A DNA stretch of 59,918 bases, counting the filler, from Sphacelaria rigidula (taxonomy: Eukaryota), in NCBI GenBank assembly GCA_964200075.2. It is 6 parts of 6 records of this genome, joined end to end, with 100 filler letters (N's around TTAATTAATTAA, not from the genome) between each part and the next. Parts side by side here need not be neighbours in the genome. Positions count along the whole stretch, not along the records: positions 30,013 to 39,916 come from CAXNAA020007520.1; positions 40,017 to 49,917 come from CAXNAA020007521.1; 4 more parts are not named here. The stretch is one strand, 5' to 3'. A program made the position numbers and the translations under genes. The notes beneath the pieces are model-generated. The model was given only the letters and a program-made list of their open reading frames with translations, was not told the origin of the DNA and made no database searches. Shown here in pieces: positions 36,636 through 49,917 of the stretch (position 1 is the first letter of the stretch; every line of letters begins with the position of its first letter).

Positions 36636-36912
36636 ATCATCAGGGTTTTAATTCCCAATGTGAGCTCGAAACGAATGAATACTAGCTTTTGAATGGGTGA
36701 ATCGTTCACGCCTCTGAGATCGATAGATCCTGGCGGTAGTGGTTTTATTTCAGCTGCATTTAATGCTGGGTGTTACTCGATATTTGTTTTGCTGATGCAC
36801 GGTACATCGGCTGCGGGATCAACTGTTATTTCACCAACGATGGTACCATTTACTCTGGCTGCGACTCTAACACACATCGATGTTGCCCTGATGCCATGAA
36901 GGGGGGGGGTGA

Positions 36913-37274
36913 TGTGGAAGACATCTTTTTGCAGTGACATCAGAGATTGATGCCACATATGCATGACAAACAAGCGCATGCAGGTACGGCGTATTAACGA
37001 CCCGAAGGGATCCGACTAACCCGGACCCTGTAAAGCCGACGACCCTAGACGACTCGAGGTGATGCCAGTACGAGCCCGATATTACGGTGGCCAAGCATCC
37101 CCGAGAAAATGGTCCACCTTACGTGGACCAGTCTATATCTGACCCACTTCTTGCCTACACACGCGAAGAAACCATCGCCTAGCCACGGAGTTCCTCCGGC
37201 ATCAGGGCGACATCGACAACGACACACAGTCTAACCCGTAGGTTTTTGTTTACTCGAGCGATACACACTTCATA
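36913..37274 (+). repeat. Gypsy LTR with upstream PPT and downstream PBS
   Basis: PPT GAAGGGGGGGGGTGA at 36898-36912; TGTGGAAG...CTTCATA; PBS TGGCGACACCA at 37277-37287 (complementary to a tRNA CCA end, probably Ser by inference). Confidence 0.9.
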
Positions 37275-37321
37275 ATTGGCGACACCAAAAAAAAACTTAC
37301 GCAAGACAGACAGTAGAAGCA

Positions 37322-39020
37322 TGGAAAAGAAACGAGCCGATTTCCCACCATGAAGAGAAAGAAGTCGTCTCACAAAAAGCCGGCCTAGAGGGCGAAAATC
37401 CGACGGAGATCAACCCTGTCAGTCGTCCACCCAAGCCTGTCGCTCCATCTACCAAGGCCCCGTCCGCAAAGGCTTCAAGGTCAAACGACGCAGTCCTGTC
37501 AGCTACAGTCGTATCGGCTAAAGCGTCAACCCAGCCACCGAGCCGGTGTGAGCAGGAAGAGGACGACAGCGAGAACTCCGACGATTCAAAGTAAAGTATG
37601 GATATCCGCCAAGTACCCACAGGACGATACGATGAGTTACGCGACTCTCCGGCAGTACCCTCTATCTCCACGCCAGCCCCAACTCTACCGTCTATTATGG
37701 GGAAACAAAAGCGCTCAGCGGAGCTAGCGTATAGGGCGCTGGAGAGGAATTATGCAGAGGGGACGGAGCCAGCTTCGTGGGTCATGCAGGCGCTAAGACT
37801 CGCAGTGCCTCAAGACAAGGGGGTCGCACAGGTATCGGCGTCCTTCAACCCTGTAGCATCAGAGCTCGAACACTCAAGTAACAGTTGTGTATACAGAGCA
37901 GTGTAGCTACGCCGTTGGATAATGTCAACGAGTCGGTCGACAGTTTCAATGTCGCACCGCCTAATACTACGCCAACCCAATTTACAGAGAACTTTCGTAC
38001 TTCGACGTTAGATCCGCCAACAAGCCTCACTAGCGCACAGTAAGGTAACTACAACATAGAGACTCTGTCCAGTCCAGTGCCGACTCCGCCACAAGCAAGC
38101 CACAGTAGCACCACCGGAACACAAAAGTCCTCGATGAAACAGTCAGACCTCCCGCCAACCTTAATTCTGGAAGGAAAGCGGAGCGAAGACGTGAACACAA
38201 TCCTCAACGCTTTCCTCAATCGAGTGCGGATACACGCCCCTGACGATTGCGCTGAATCCGCCGTACAACACCATGCCATCAAACACTTGCCACTTATCCT
38301 TCCGGGGTCAGCAGACAAGCCGTACACACCACTGGGAAGTGGAAAAGTTGAGTGGCGACGACCAGCGGTAGTGCAGGACCTCAAATTAAGAGGGAAATAA
38401 CCCTTGCCCACAGCTCCGAAAACATGGACGGAATGGGTTGCGGCTTACACACATCGTTTCTCTCCACCAAACCGACTAGCAGTGTTAGCTCGCGCAATAG
38501 CCGATCTTGAACAGAGAGACGATCAGTATGTAGACGACTTCGCGTTGGAGTGTGCAACTCCTATGGCCAGATTCGTGACGGAGGCCTTACGAGTCAAGGC
38601 TCCTGGCCATGACATGCTTCGCTTCATCGTAGACGTGATCACAACAGCAGCGCTTGAGGCAGGTCTTGAGCCTCACATCGGAGTCGAAATGGTGAGAGAG
38701 GAGAGTACTCTGGACTTCCAGACAGCGACAGCTAGGGCCAAAAAAACATGAACAGAATAACCTCCGCACATAGCCAAAACAAACTGGAGACATCTCCCAT
38801 GTCTCGGCCGCAACCGAAAACTCTCCAGCTCCATAGCTGGCTGAAATGATAGCCGATCACGGCGCGATCCTCACGGACCTTCAATACCACTTGAAAGCGA
38901 TCAGAGGAGAAAGGCGACGTGCCGAGAAACGGTCTCCCAGCAGAGACAGGAGCATCAACAGAGCAAGTGGAGAATCGAAAAAAGTCCGTTTCAAGGACAA
39001 AAGTACGAGCAGCGATCTCA
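37322..39020 (+). pseudogene. gag: Gypsy gag, decayed
   Basis: Follows the PBS; retrotransposon gag-like TWTEWVAAYTHRFSPPNRLAVLARAIADLEQRDDQYVDDF and a basic C-terminal part; multiple stops and frameshifts. Confidence 0.8.
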
Positions 39021-39247
39021 CTGGTGTCGCCAACTATGAAGTGTGTATCGCTCGAGTAAACAGAGACCTACGGATAAGACTGCTCGTCGTTGTCGATGTC
39101 GCCCTGATACCGAAGGAACTCCGTGGCTAGGCGATGGTTTCTTCGCATGTGTAGGCAAGAAGTGGGTCAGACATAGACTAGTCCATGTAAGGTGGACCAT
39201 TTCCTCGGGGATGCTTGGCATCACCTCGAGTTGTTCAGGGTCCGGGG
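39021..39247 (-). repeat. Second PBS plus partial LTR, inverted
   Basis: Reverse complement of about 37020-37287 with an internal deletion; PBS at 39021-39032. Confidence 0.9.
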
Positions 39248-39916
39248 TAAAATTTTGAACGAATAATTTACCGTAGAATTGTCAATTTCGATTGAAATAT
39301 AACAACCGATGGCTCAAAAGAACCACATCAATAAGGGTGTCACGATGGGGACAAAAAAACACAGATATTTTCGTAATGAATAATGCCTTAATATCTATGT
39401 TACCCTTGAGACGAATCAGGTGCTCGTTTCCCCGAGGTGCCCCTCTTCAAATGTCCTTATCTCGAGATTGCGGGTGCTGATTCAAAATCTGAGTGGATTA
39501 TCCGAACCGTCTTGTTCATGACTGTCTATTGGAACTGGTTCTGCGGTTTGATGCTCAAATATGGGTTTGAACAAAATTATCCCCCCGTGAAAACGTATTG
39601 CTCCTTTTCGACATGCGCTACCGCAACTTGTGTTTGCTTTCTGCATGTGCGACCGGCACCTGACGAAAGCTACACTCTTGAAGTTTTGTTTGATATATAC
39701 AAGTTACCTATGTGTTGCGGTGACATTAATATAATAGTGTCTACAGCTGGCTTGAATTTATTGGTAGCACTACAAAACAGGTGTTTGTTGGGGGGATCAC
39801 ACTTGTGTGCAGTTAGTTTTCCCCATGAATTTACTTCTAACTTTAGGGACGGTATTGGAAAGGCGAGCCTACGTCTGTGACCACGGGTTCGCGAGATCGG
39901 ACTAACGTGCGGAAAT

Positions 39917-40016
39917 NNNNNNNNNNNNNNNNNNNNNNNNNNNNNNNNNNNNNNNNNNNNTTAATTAATTAANNNNNNNNNNNNNNNNNNNNNNNNNNNN
40001 NNNNNNNNNNNNNNNN
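39917..40016. other. Artificial contig spacer
   Basis: N44-TTAATTAATTAA-N44. Confidence 0.99.
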
Positions 40017-41283
40017 AAACAATGTCGCCAATATGAGGCGCTTCACGCAGCCTGAAGCCGAACATCAGGCGCTGTATGGCCATTTTTTTCGTGACGATTT
40101 TAGCTGGTTTGGGGGGGGTTATCGTAGAAAGTGTCTGGAGAAACAATTGGGCCGGCAAAAAATCAAAATAGAAAAGCTGGATAATTATGAAAATATTTGC
40201 GACAGTGCGGTCTCGAAAAATTGGAAGAGTGCACTCATCATCTTTCTTGCATACTGTAGTTGGATGACCTTTGACATCGCATCCCTACCAAACCGGGACG
40301 GAGCACCCCGGGTTTCGCTGTACCAGGCTCAATATCTTGGGGAGGCTGAATGAAAAACAAAAGCCGAGAAGTCATGCAAATAGTTGCGAAATTGCGGTAT
40401 ATTGTAACATTTTGCAACATTTTGTAATATTCTACGCGAAACACACGTGTTTTCCTTCCTGGTCAGCAACTTTTACAAAAAGATGCCAGTACGCACGTTT
40501 GCGAATCTGGACGCATTTCCACCGGTCGTTTTTCAAAGTGCCATACGGCCGAGAGATCAAAGCATGACCATGTTGAAAGTAAGATACAGCAAATGCAGGA
40601 AATACTCACAGGTCATTGTCCATGGGTTCGCGGCAGCGGAAGCACGCAGCTCCTGATTGAACGTTGGAGATGGGTCGAATTAATCTCAGTGAACCGTGGT
40701 GGAAATGATAAGAAATATCAAAAGGTGTCATTGTCCAACACAGGGAGAAGTGGAGTAAGATGACCCAATGCGCTTCCAAGTCAATCCACGTACGGATTTG
40801 GTTGGTCCCGGCAGCGACAGAGATGAAAAAAAGGTGTTTTTTCGCTCGAGGTTTGGCAACTAGGACCTGAGATGTTCCAGACGAGAAGTGGACAATTTTC
40901 AAGGCATCAGCTACAAGTTTGGCTCGATTTCAGGAATGCAAATGTTCACGTTTCATCTCTCTGATGACGAAATAAACGAATTCCGGGTGACGACACCTCC
41001 GGCTTCTCGATACGCTCTGTTCGTCCATGATATCAGGGATGTCCTGGGCTACAGTATTTTGGAAAATGACGGCAACGTATCATACGGCACTTGATTTTCC
41101 GCGACATCACTGCTCGTGTGCATCCATCCAATGACAACCGCTGTATTGGTGGCGGATACGTTTATGTTTATGTTCATGTTCATGTGCAACAAGCAATCGA
41201 TCAATCAATGTATCAACTGTGGTACATGGTGTGTGGTACCTGTAAAGTGCGGTGACGTGCGCCGTCATATTTGTGTCATGGTA

Positions 41284-43230
41284 CAGTCGATGGCCCCTTG
41301 TAAGGCCTCCCCTTTTAAGGCACACGCCCCTTTTACGGTAGCACACTTCTTCGGTCCCCCCAACTGCTGCCCGCTTTAAGGCACACCTGTGCCTTAAAAC
41401 GAGCACATACCAAAAAATGTACACATGCCATGTTATAATGGCCGAAATAGGTTGGAAAGTCGTGATCTAGAGCGTGCCGTAAGCTGCGGACCCACATACT
41501 TCAGTGGAAACCATGCCTTGCTCAGCAGGGCAGCACTGCAAACTGCCAAGCCTTATCCCCACCCCATCGACAGTCGGCACGCATGTCTGTCGTGGGGGCT
41601 GTGGCGGCTACTCGCACGGTTACTGTGGCATGCAACATCCCTCAAGTGAGCATGAAACTCACAGGATGTGCGCCGCATGTTTTGGGGCACAGCAGAGCGT
41701 TGATGCGGGGGCGGGCGCACCGTTGAGCATTGATGGCGAGTCATCGGGCGGCTCGTCGGACAGCGGTGGAACCCCCCAAAAACACCAAAAAGAAGAAAGC
41801 CACAGGCTCAAAAAAACGAAAAAACGGAGGCGGTGTTCCATGGGTGAGAAGATAAAGATAACAACACCTCTGGAGAATGGCATAAGCCGTGCTGAAATCC
41901 GCGAAGCACTGATGCAAGACGCACGCGAGGAGCTTTTGCACCGGGTGGAGAACGGTACTCAGAAGGAACAAAAAGAGAGCGGACAACGAAGTAGAGGCCG
42001 TAGACCCCGACACGGGGAGCGAGACGAGAAGTAGTGTGCACCACCCTCCAACAGTACAATTTGTGACCAGATGAATTTCCCAGAGGATTGCGCTGAGCGA
42101 TGTGGGATAGAGGGGGCGTGCGCAGGGCTTCGCGGGGCCAATACGGCTTTCATTGAAGCATACGCTAACCGACCTCTTACCCAGACAGACGTGCGCAGTT
42201 CCTTCAGCGGAGTGTGTTCTTGAAACCCGAAACGAGGTTGGATGGAGTGTGGGTTTCTTATTCCCTTTACAGTAGCGAACGGGGTTTGGCAGGGTTTTTT
42301 CTACCGTATCTGTCTACAGTTGGGGCAGGGTGGGATACTTTGAGGAATTGGGGATTTTTTTCGCCATGATGAGATTTTCCTTGTGAGTTTTCGTTTGTCA
42401 GTCTATGCACAAGGCTGTGATTGCGTTTCTCGCGCAGGCGTCATAGTTGCAGGTGTTGTTTTGTCGCTGTACTGCAGACAGCCGCGCCCCGGTGGTGTAA
42501 TGGGCCGAGTGTCGCCATTAGGGTGGAGAGAACGAGGGTTTGATCCCCGATGCGTTGGGTTTCCTTCCCGTAGTATGTAATTTCCACCGTGGAAAGGCGT
42601 GAGAACGTGAGTAGACAAAGTAATCGACTGAGTTTGTTTGACGTGAGTTGACGCGATGCGGGAGTGCTGACCCAATCCGCGAGTTCAAACTGCAAGGCGT
42701 GTACCGGGGAGAGATGGGTTGATCCCCTGAGACTGTTAGACCACAGACTCGTCCCGAGAAAGGGGAGGGGTTCAATTTGCGACAAATAATGTAAATAAAA
42801 TGGACTGAAATAAGTAATAAGACTTCGTAAGGATATGATCAGTTTTGTCGCTGTGCTGCCTAAGGATGTGCTTGGATTTGTGCTCTACCATGTGCGGGGT
42901 GAGCTTGCCCAAGTGGTGTGTACCGGTACAGACAGGTAGTACTGATAAATATAAAGATGCCATAAAATACTGAATTTGGAAGCCTTTCATGGTTTGAGAA
43001 GCGAAGAACGACTCATTTAGCACATGCCGGCCACGTGCGTATTCTCCACTACATTGCTCATGCGACCACGGCTGGACCCATGGGTGGTCAGTTAAAGTGC
43101 GACAATCTGACCAAATAAAAAAAAAATCAAATCATTCCGCTCCAGATCTCCAGCGTCCCTGCAAGTCTGCCCCTTTTTAAGGACACTGTTGCGGCCGCCC
43201 CATGCGTGCCTTAAAAGGGAACATCGATTG
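41284..43230 (+). mobile_element. pogo/Tigger-like DNA transposon, internally deleted
   Basis: TA-flanked TIRs CARTCGATGKYCCCTTKTAAGGC; subterminal TTTAAGG repeats; CENP-B-type HTH start KKRRRCSMGEKIKITTPLENGISRAEI at about 41815-41900; C-terminal remnant at about 42980-43040; no DDE domain seen. Confidence 0.85.
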
Positions 43231-43829
43231 TATTGTATTTCGGTTTCGGTCGGTAATACGTAATAAGGTATGTTGCTTTCCGTATCTGCGGTATATGGTA
43301 GCTACACGGGATTACACCGAACGGGGCCAGACGACTTCGGTATCCTGCTGCAGTAATCACAATTATTGGGATGTCTTACGCACAACGGCATCGTGCTGCA
43401 TGCGCTTACGCGATTCATTGGTGCATTGATTGATTGATTTATGCACACTGATCACCGACTGACCCGCTACGAATTCGGCCGTGGCCACAATATAGATACC
43501 CTATATACGGTACGGTACCGTAGGATACGATACGGCACAGTACCAGAGATTCGCGATACGGTTTTCACGGTGAACGGGGAAACGTGATCCGACGATAAGA
43601 GCGGGGGGGGGGTGCTTGGAGCCATTTGTTGCAAGATGGAGCCACTTCGAAGCGTCGATGTAGCACGCAATTTCAACCAAATGCTCCTCGTATGCACGTA
43701 ATACTTGTTCACACGGCTCAACAACGAGCCCATCATGAGACAGCGAGGGAGCGGGGACATTCAACACACCCACGACCTTCTTTTCTTCGCGCAATTAATC
43801 CCCCCCCTCACCCCCTTTGGTCAATGGCG

Positions 43830-44133
43830 AGGTCAATGGTCTCATGACTATGGCATGCATGATCACGAGTACACCCCCTTTGAGTATTGAGGGCGAGCCT
43901 GGTCGGGCGAAAACCCGGCGTGCTCCGTCCCGGCTTTGTAGGGATACGAGGTCAAATGTCTTATGACGATGGCATGCATGATCATTAGTACAACACGCCT
44001 TTTCCCTGGTCCAGAGGAAACCCGGAATGCTCCGTCCCGGCTGTGTTGGAATGCAAGGTCAATGGTCTCATGACTACGATATGCAAGCTCATGAGTACAC
44101 CCCCGTCTCCCACCTTCTACCGTAGCACCACTC
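43830..44133. repeat. Three repeats of about 110-120 bp ending in a Sola-like right TIR
   Basis: GGTCAAtgGTCTyATGAC..GCAT..AGTACA x3; CTACCGTAGCACCACTC at 44117-44133; unit inverted at 40265-40345. Confidence 0.65.
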
Positions 44134-45280
44134 GAAATATAAACAGCCTTGCCACATCGCGAAACGGTACGATAACGGAAATTGCACATTGGCGCGGTAC
44201 CGCGGAGTGTACATATCCAATTACCGCCATGCGAAGCGGTAAACGCGATCGCTGTACAGAGAAGCACCGAGGACGGCCCAAAACATTTCTCATGTTCCAC
44301 CCACACACCTTTTTATTCCGAAACGAAAAATCCAACATACGTCCGTCCGTTATTGTTAACGGCGAACTTTCTTTGGAAATCCCATCCAACTGTCTGTTCG
44401 TACGTTGATGTTTTCTTGAATGTTTGTTTCCGCTCACGAGCCTTCGTACGTCGGACAACTCATCACTTGACGTTAACTCAATGATGTTGTAAACCTCACC
44501 CGGCTAGAATATGCGCCGCTGAGTTTCTGTTGTTATGCCATAACTCACGGGTGAGTTATGGGGAGGAGGGTTAACTCAAGCTAATCTGAGTTGAGTTGTA
44601 TGACGGGCGCAAGGGTGTCGAATCCCGACCAGCTGGGAGTCCAAACAGGAATGTCCTTCTTGTTTTTTGTTTGCACGATGGCATCCTCGATGATCAATGG
44701 TCAATGGTCATTGTTCAATGGATAATGGCCAATGGCCAATGACCAATGACCACACCATCGCCGGAGCAACCCAGAGACATAAATCTGCCATCTGAAGTCT
44801 TGTGCCCACCTCTCCAGCGAGCATGACTCTATGTCTTGATTACTGTGACCAAGTGCTTCGGGCAGGGAACGTCCCCAATAAGTATGAACAATACCCGTGC
44901 CTCATTTCGTTTTTCCTCCTGAGAAATCAGGGAAAAGATGAAAATTCTTCCAATCGATCACCAAAATTCAACAATAAAAGATGTTTCGGCTGGTCACGGA
45001 AAAATTGGGGTCCTTCCTTACATTATATTTTCCGCGAAGTCTCCACGTCCCTGGACGTGAGACTGTTCACCCTGTGTTTGTCTCCCACGAAGGTATGCTG
45101 ATTATAGCCTTTATGCTTCTTCCTTCTTTTCTCTCTGTCTGAAATGCACCATACAAAATGAGAATCGAGTTGTTGTGAACCCAAAATTCCATGTCTTCGT
45201 ACAAGCTATGCACTAAAATACGTAGAGCCCCCATCTCTCATCTTGTTCAGCATAGACATAATATCAAGTCTACTTGGGTG

Positions 45281-45650
45281 CGCCGGTCGGCCGCGGTGGC
45301 TCAGATGGTGACCGCGAAACCTTCTGGCGGGTGGGTCGTGGGTTTGAATCTCGGTGCAGTCACACTATCTCGAATTTTTCCTCACACCATGTCCAAGAGT
45401 GGAGAGCGGCTATCCCGTGGGTACACAAAATTCGACTTCACGGTCCACGAGGGAAAGGAACCGCTGGACCCCTCTCTCGACAAAAAAATAATAATAAGGC
45501 AAGCACCGCAGAAGGAAGATCGAGAGCTGAAAATATATATTTAATTATGTGTTGGCATTCCTCCTGTGTGACCCCGGCTCAATCGCCCGTGTGTACCAAA
45601 AGGTGTAAACTGGCGTCCAGAATAGATGGGATGACAACACACAGCAACAC
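45281..45650 (+). mobile_element. tRNA-derived SINE, full length, diverged copy
   Basis: A-box TGGCTCAGATGG and B-box GGTTTGAATC; body and tail collinear with 6529-6877. Confidence 0.88.
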
Positions 45651-45726
45651 AAGACATTTATCTTGGACCAAATGACGACAAGCTGGATTCACAGCGGATC
45701 GGTTCATGTCCATCTTCATGTGCGAC

Positions 45727-45795
45727 AATCAATCCATCAATCCATCAATCCATCAATCCATCAATCCATCAATCCATCAAGCAAGCAAGCAAGCA
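45727..45795 (+). repeat. (ATCCATCA)n/(AGCA)n microsatellite
   Basis: Direct inspection. Confidence 0.95.
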
Positions 45796-48700
45796 ACACC
45801 AACTCAAGAACCGACCTCTACGTGGATTTTCTTCTTTTCTCGAACTGCATCAAGGTCTGATGAGACACTTCCCAAACAATTCACCTGATCTCGAGCTGCG
45901 GCCCCCTCTCCAGTGTAGCAGGCGGGGAGCAGCGATACTGCCGACTCTCCTGAAGCCCCTGCCACCTGATGGGACGACGGGACCGGTACACAGCAGCGCA
46001 CGCACACCAAATTGATCGTACAGGGCACGAAACCAGTCAATGTGCTTACTTTAACCTTTTGTCTTTGTGTAATCCTCACACTTGAAACCCCCTTCCCTTC
46101 CGCGGGACGAGTCCGTGGTCTCGAGGGTTCAACTAAAATAAACCCGTCCCCCAGTACACGCCTTGCCTTTTGGTATATTTCGCGGGTTGGATCATGACCA
46201 CCAGCGCTTCTGCACGGGGTCGACTCTCGCCTTACAAACTCGAACAACCTTATATTTATTACTACGCACGTCCCCGCACTTTGAAGGGACAATCAAACTA
46301 CTACGTTGAACAAAACGCCAAAACTAGTTAACACCCTCATGATCTCGTCTCATGGTGTCCGTCCTACCATTGGACTACCGGGGCGCGCCGGAAAGCTTTC
46401 ACGAGTAAATAGTAAATACGCAGGACAGAAATGGTAACGACGGAGAGGCGGGTTGATGATCCCTCTAGACTTCGCACTCGTCCCCGAATGAGGACAGGGG
46501 AGACACCTTCCGATAGGCCACGCTCATGCGCGGGTATTCCACGACCTCCACAGTCGGTATGGGATTGCCCGTAGGTGAATAGCAATGCAGAGCGGGGTTT
46601 CATGTGCGTTGCCTTAATACCAACAGCATGCTGATGGAAGTTGCTGCTCGCAGTGGCGCTTGCAATGGCGGCTCTTACGCGAAAAAAATGGGTCAACACC
46701 TTCCCCCTCTGCTCCGTAGTGAGCACCCAAATACTGGAGGTGTCTTTGCTACGAGTAGGAAGAGTGCTCCGTCTCGAAAGGGATGCGTGTCAATGGTCAA
46801 ATGGCTAAGGCAAGCAACAAATGAGTGTTCCCCCCCCTCCCCCCTATCGTGGAATGACTCAGCAGGGGGGACGGAATTCTGAAAGTATGATGGTAACTTA
46901 AAAAAAAAACGTACACCTCCTCTTCAAGATCTATAGCTCAGCTCTCAGCAAAAAGTAAGGCTGTTCAGAGATCGGCCGCTATTGTGTATACGGCCAGCAT
47001 CATGAAAAAAATATAAAGGAACAAATTCTCCCGTATACATCCGAAACGCGAATGCTCAAGCAAAGGAATTCAGAGGATCCCGGGCTACTCAAGTGCGTTG
47101 AAAATTATACTCACACACATATATAGTTATATATTGGTCTCAAAACCCGCCCGAGGTTGAATAAAAGCAGTGACATCACTACCGGACTATTAGTCTTCCA
47201 AGGGCATGTTGGGTAGGGTAAATACCCGGGGTACTTACTCTCCCGAGTCTGGTGTTGCGATGGTCCCATCTTCAAATTCTACCGAAACATTGGGTAGTGT
47301 TCATATGGTCGCACTACTCAAGCCAATATTGGGGTATTGTTGAGTACGATCTCATTACTCTACCTGAAGTTCGGGTGCTTTGAGTACGATCTTTCAAAAC
47401 ACAGTTATGTAGGAGATACCCTACTCAACAGACCCTCAATACACTCTGTAGTCTTCCTCAAATGCGAAAACAAAAGCTGCGAAAGTGTCTTGCTTAGTCT
47501 GGGGGCTGTCCAGGGCATATACTCTCTGGACCGCCGTCAGGTTTTTGCCCAGCATTTGGTCAGTATCCTCTGTCCACATATCTGTACATTCTTCTCGAGA
47601 TTTTTCCTCCAGCACATATTTTCCAGCAAGCCAAGAGTCCAGGCACGCATTGCCACAAAAAGTCAAAGAAGAAAGACAACGAAGCAACAGGGTTGAAGGC
47701 TTGCACATCGACCCGCCAAACAACTTGCGGACACCCTCGACCACGGAGTAGCACAACAGCCCCGCTCGGCGATACGCTCCATCCGGGGGATTCAAGCCCT
47801 CAATCATGACACTCACGAAGAACTACACCCCCCCCCCCCCCCCCCCCTCCCCGATACTAAATTTGCGGAGGATACCAACCCTTCACTGAACGTACCTGGC
47901 CCGCTGACGAACCGGCACCGAAATTGGTTGCCACCGTCCCTGCGCCCGCTGCCGCTGCTGCTGCCGCTGCTCCAGACCCACGCCGTATCCGAAACGTCTG
48001 CCGGGGAGGTTTCTGTGAACAGAGCCATAAATGGGATTTCCGAGTCATTAGTGAGGTCTCGAAACCCAAACTGAACTGAGGTCTTGCAACGATACCCCAG
48101 GCCTCCGAGCCATAGAGGTAGTGGTGGATCACTGTAGCGGAGTTCACCCCAGTTCGTAGCCCGAAATCCATGGTTTAAACATACTTGATTCGAGTGTGGA
48201 CATCGATATTCGGATCTTTGGTGGGGCTTACAGTCCCGAGTGCTCCCGGCTTGCGAAAAACGGGCCATTGTCCAAATCGGTGCCCGTGGCGCAGATTTGA
48301 TTGAGGTCTGCCAACGCATGCTTTGCCTAGAGCATCCTTTGCAACCCGTTAAAGATTGATGTCAAATGAATTCCGATCAATGAATCTTTCTGTGAACGAT
48401 CATGTCTGTGTTGTATGCTTGAGCCCACAGATGGGAGATTCCTCCCCTAGCGCACCGCCATTTCATCAGTCCCCTGTAGGTGGCTTTGCCGACCGGGGCT
48501 TCGCAAAAATCGAAGACGCGTCAAACTTTCTCGAGTTCTTCTCTCACACATTTTTGGCTTGGTTCAGCTATCTATCCATTAAAAAGACGAATAAACATAC
48601 ACATACAAACGCATCGCAAAAAAAAAAGTTCAATCATAATTATATACTCCCTCTGTCCCATAAGTCTGTACCGTTATGTTTGTACGAGCCCTCAACGAAG

Positions 48701-49917
48701 TCCGATTTGATTTTCGATTTTTTGGTCGCATTCGTTGGCGATTTTTGAGCTAGAAACAACACTCTTTCTACAACGTGGGCGCTTGATCCGTGCAACATCG
48801 CGGCCGAAAAAAAGTCGGTCGGTCAAAATATGGCCATATTTCGCTCTTTTTCCCAGTGGGGCACAGGAGACCCGGGAATCGCGAAAAATTGTGAAAAGAA
48901 ATGTGAAAGCCGCAAAACCACCACTGATTTGGATATCTCCGTGACGTTAACCTACGCACGCTCCATCTAACAATTTTTCAGCAAGTAACCGCGAGTTCTC
49001 GATGTAAAAACGTCCAAAATCGATCACTTGGGGTATGAGTGGACCAAAAAGGGACAAAATGGGGAACAGTTCGACATAATTTTAGTATTGAAAACATTTT
49101 TTTTCCTAGTCAGCTTCGTCTGCGCGTTATCTCTCTAATGAGCCCAACTGTAGGGTGATAGTCAGCGTTGAAACACCCAAACGATTCACCGCCCATAACG
49201 ATACAGGCGTATGGGACAGAGAAAGTACATAGATCACTTACCCGCAGTTGTTCCTTCATTTTTCGCCATAATACCGCACTTTGAATCCCATTTACCCGTC
49301 TCACTCTACACGCCCCCGTAGTCTCAAGTGACCAATGACCCCATCTTTTTGCCACCCGTACCTTCCTGACGTGCATCTACCTACCCGGAAAATGACTATT
49401 GGGCATTGGATCATGACAACCGGCACTCGCTCCAGCACCTCGTCAACGTTCATTAACTTCGAAGCCACGGAGCCTGTTTAACCCTTTTGGGACTGAAGCT
49501 CACCAACACCATGTTCACCATGTGTTAGTAAAAAAATAATGAACAAGTCTGGGAGCGACCTGTCCAATCAGGGCGAGACGAAATTTATCGACCACACCAG
49601 AACGACCAGTGGGGGGGGGGGCTGTCACCGGGAGTGATGTCACTGAAAAGTTGGTGTACCCTGTCCCTGGCCCACGAAAAAGCCTTCGAAGCAAAAGAAA
49701 GCCCAAGTTCTCGGGGCTCGGATTACCGAATTTTCATCATTTACTTGCATTTTATGTAGGTACAACCTCCCATCCTGCGATTTTTTTGAGGTCACTATCC
49801 TATAGTAAACCCTAGTTGATAACACTAACACGTAGTTCTCGGGGGAAATTCGGGAATATATGTACCCTACTATATACGTGGTCATGTTCACAAGGCGACT
49901 GGATCTGGCAACGCTGT

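Larger units (their letters stand above)
30536..36876 (-). pseudogene. pol: Ty3/Gypsy pol (PR-RT-RH-IN-chromodomain), decayed
   Basis: Protease ITVDPAADV..FIRFELTLG..EAFVLP. RT IIEQHPSP..KSDGTARFCV, WPMP, PFGL, YMDDII, VKYFGH. RNase H APVLHFPDFTK..DTSDKGAGA, LARWAIALQ. Integrase RPYERVSIDLV, HPQGN..SER, YNTSYH, KLQVPRRGPF. Partial chromodomain YVVGKVVD..EVPRCKHLIDTY. Confidence 0.95.

Noticed and set aside
42154..42774. Solo LTR nested in the pogo element (TGAAG...TTCA)
   Set aside because: No TSD and no second copy in the window
43830..44105. Regularly spaced repeats as a CRISPR-like array (also 9631-9867 and 14700-14910)
   Set aside because: Only 2-3 degenerate units, the intervening sequences are themselves repeated, the context is eukaryotic TE DNA and there are no cas genes
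47485..48070. Pro/Ser-rich reading frame as the 5' exon of the kinase
   Set aside because: On a different contig, has an in-frame stop at 47749-47751 and shows no recognisable domain
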